Below, piece after piece: positions 30,596 through 32,000 of a stretch of 32,000 nt of DNA. The number at the start of each line of letters is the position of its first letter. The stretch's first letter is position 1. Location: assembly GCA_021294815.2 (NCBI GenBank), contig CP095464.1, positions 810,001-842,000 on the forward strand, in the 5' to 3' direction. The notes beneath the pieces were generated by a model. It was not told where the DNA came from. It worked only from the letters and a program-made list of their open reading frames with translations, and did no database searches. Position numbers and translations under genes: made by a program. Source of the stretch: Verrucomicrobiota bacterium. GTDB taxonomy: Bacteria > Verrucomicrobiota > Verrucomicrobiia > Opitutales > LL51.

Positions 30596-30621
30596 AAAAG
30601 GCCCTCAAAGAGGGCTTTTTT
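30596..30621. terminator. Rho-independent terminator shared by convergent ppdK and the NIF3-like gene
   Basis: gccctc-aaa-gagggc (30601-30615), extended by A/T pairs. TTTTTT follows (30616-30621) and an A-run precedes, so it can act on both strands. Confidence 0.8.
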
Positions 30622-30622
30622 A

Positions 30623-31375
30623 TTATAACGGGCATTCCGAAGGGAGAAAGGAATAGGGAAGGTGAAATTTCTCCGCGATTTCTTTCCCGAGAACATCAAC
30701 TCCAAATGTTTCAGTCGCATAGTGGCCACAGAGGTAGACATTGAGCCCTCGTTCACGGGCTATATTGTAGTGGTACTGGCTACACTCGCCGATGATCATC
30801 GTGTCGATGCCGTAGTCGTGTGCTTTTAAAATCATATTTCCACTGCCGCCGGAAGAAATTCCCACTTTGCAAATTCTTTCGGGACCGAATTCCATCGGAA
30901 CAACATGTGGAAAATGCTGCGCAAGTTGTGCTTTGAATGCTGTACGTTCCATTGCACGTTCTCCGATTACGCCGACGTTTGTCTCGATAAAAGGAAAAGC
31001 TGGCTGTGTATTGTGGAGTTGTAGCAGCTTAGCGAGCTGCGCGTTATTGCCAATCTCGGGGTGCGCATCTAAGGGAAGATGGCAGGAATAAACCGCGATA
31101 TCGTGCTCGATTAAAAGACAATATTTCTGATAAATCGTATCGATAATTGGTGCATGTGATCCCCAGAATAGACCATGATGTACAAAGAGTAAATTGGCAC
31201 CTATAGTAACCGCTTGCTGAATGCTTTCGAGAGAAGCGTCAACAGCTGATGCGATGCGCGTTACGGTACCGCTGTTTTGAAATTGTAGCCCATTGACGGC
31301 TCCATCGTAGTCCTGAATTGTCGCGATCTGTAGGCGTTGATTGCAGTAGTCAACAATCGTCTGAAGTTGTTCCAT
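30623..31375 (-). CDS. NIF3-like dinuclear metal-centre protein (GTP cyclohydrolase 1 type 2 homologue family)
   Basis: LFVHHGLFWG, LPLDAHPEIGNN and CGHYATETFG are typical of NIF3/YbgI. I prefer the start at MEQLQTIVDYC (31375). The longer track ORF (to 31483) would overlap the divergent ABC-F start. Confidence 0.8.
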   Translation of the reverse strand: MEQLQTIVDYCNQRLQIATIQDYDGAVNGLQFQNSGTVTRIASAVDASLESIQQAVTIGANLLFVHHGLFWGSHAPIIDTIYQKYCLLIEHDIAVYSCHLPLDAHPEIGNNAQLAKLLQLHNTQPAFPFIETNVGVIGERAMERTAFKAQLAQHFPHVVPMEFGPERICKVGISSGGSGNMILKAHDYGIDTMIIGECSQYHYNIARERGLNVYLCGHYATETFGVDVLGKEIAEKFHLPYSFLPSECPL

Positions 31376-31466
31376 GGAACATTTTTCTAAAGAATTTTCG
31401 TCACCGTGACAATCCCATTTTACGGCTTGAAATCTACTTAAGAAGGCGCATGCTCCCAAAAGATTG

Positions 31467-32000
31467 TGATTGACGTGCGACATTTAACCTACGCGATTGG
31501 AGGGCGTATCTTGTTAGATGACGTGTCGTTTTGTTTACCGACTTGTCAGACGATCGGCGTTGTCGGTGTCAATGGCTGTGGGAAAAGTACCTTATTTCGG
31601 CTGATTTTAGGCGATATTTCCGCAGAGAAGGGAGAAATTTTAAAGTCGAGTGACGCAAAGATTGTTACGATTCGTCAAGAGATTCGTAATTTTTCAACAA
31701 AACTGTTGGATTTCGTTTTAGAGGCAGATGTTGCATTGATGCAGCTACGTCAACGCGCAGAAATTGAGCATGATGGAACGCGGTTGGCAGAAATTTTTGA
31801 GGCCATCGAGGGGATTGACGGCTATAATGCGGAAGTCCGAGCGGCGACTATTTTATCGGGTTTGGGCTTTTCGAATGATGTTTTAGGAAATCCGCTAAGT
31901 GCATTTTCTGGTGGGTGGCAAATCCGAGCGGCTATTGCGGCGACGCTTTTTGCGCCATCCGATATTTTGCTCTTGGATGAACCGACAAACCATCTGGATT
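31467..32000 (+). CDS. ABC-F family ATPase (Uup/YheS/EttA-like), N-terminal part; 3' end lies outside the window. Not in the supplied ORF track
   Basis: My hand translation of frame 3 from the GTG at 31467 gives (M)IDVRHLTYAIGGRILLDDVSF, Walker A GVNGCGKST, ABC signature FSGGWQIR and Walker B ILLLDEPTNHLD. An in-frame stop lies at 31428-31430. The frame stays open to nt 32000. Confidence 0.85.

Overview
This is a compact, gene-dense chromosomal segment: about 30 CDS, rnpB and one tRNA-Asp. I found no transposase, integrase, CRISPR array or long DNA repeat. All family calls come from motif recognition by eye; no homology search was possible.

Most of the window is housekeeping:
- a 5'-truncated RseP-type protease and cysS
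- a CPA2 antiporter followed directly by atpG-atpD-atpC
- Fe/Mn superoxide dismutase and an MBL-fold hydrolase
- mreB-mreC-mreD and comM/yifB
- a CNNM (DUF21-CBS) transporter overlapping a GspF/PilC-type platform gene
- a small histidine kinase / receiver pair
- fmt and a PAP2 phosphatase
- mraZ-rsmH-ftsL-like
- rpsA, a short comEC, ppdK, a NIF3-like gene and a 3'-truncated ABC-F ATPase that the ORF track misses

The pseudopilin with a C-terminal FFDGHVEW motif, the weak Shine-Dalgarno usage and the abutting convergent genes suggest a PVC-type (Verrucomicrobia/Lentisphaerae-like) bacterium with a streamlined genome. That placement is inference only.

The one locus I could not assign to any family, and the best candidate for something new, is the minus-strand pair at 1068-4568. 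It consists of an atypical pseudopilin followed by an AT-richer 888-aa orphan protein. The orphan's Q/N/S/T/P-rich N-terminal half carries a periodic W-x-R-[FLH]-[RK]-N motif.

Secondary oddities:
- atpGDC separated from atpA and joined to an antiporter gene
- an ATGA-coupled CNNM-GspF pair
- rnpB overlapping the 3' end of the receiver gene
- a dcw cluster that stops after the ftsL-like gene
- a HIGN variant of the CysRS HIGH signature

Otherwise the window looks ordinary.
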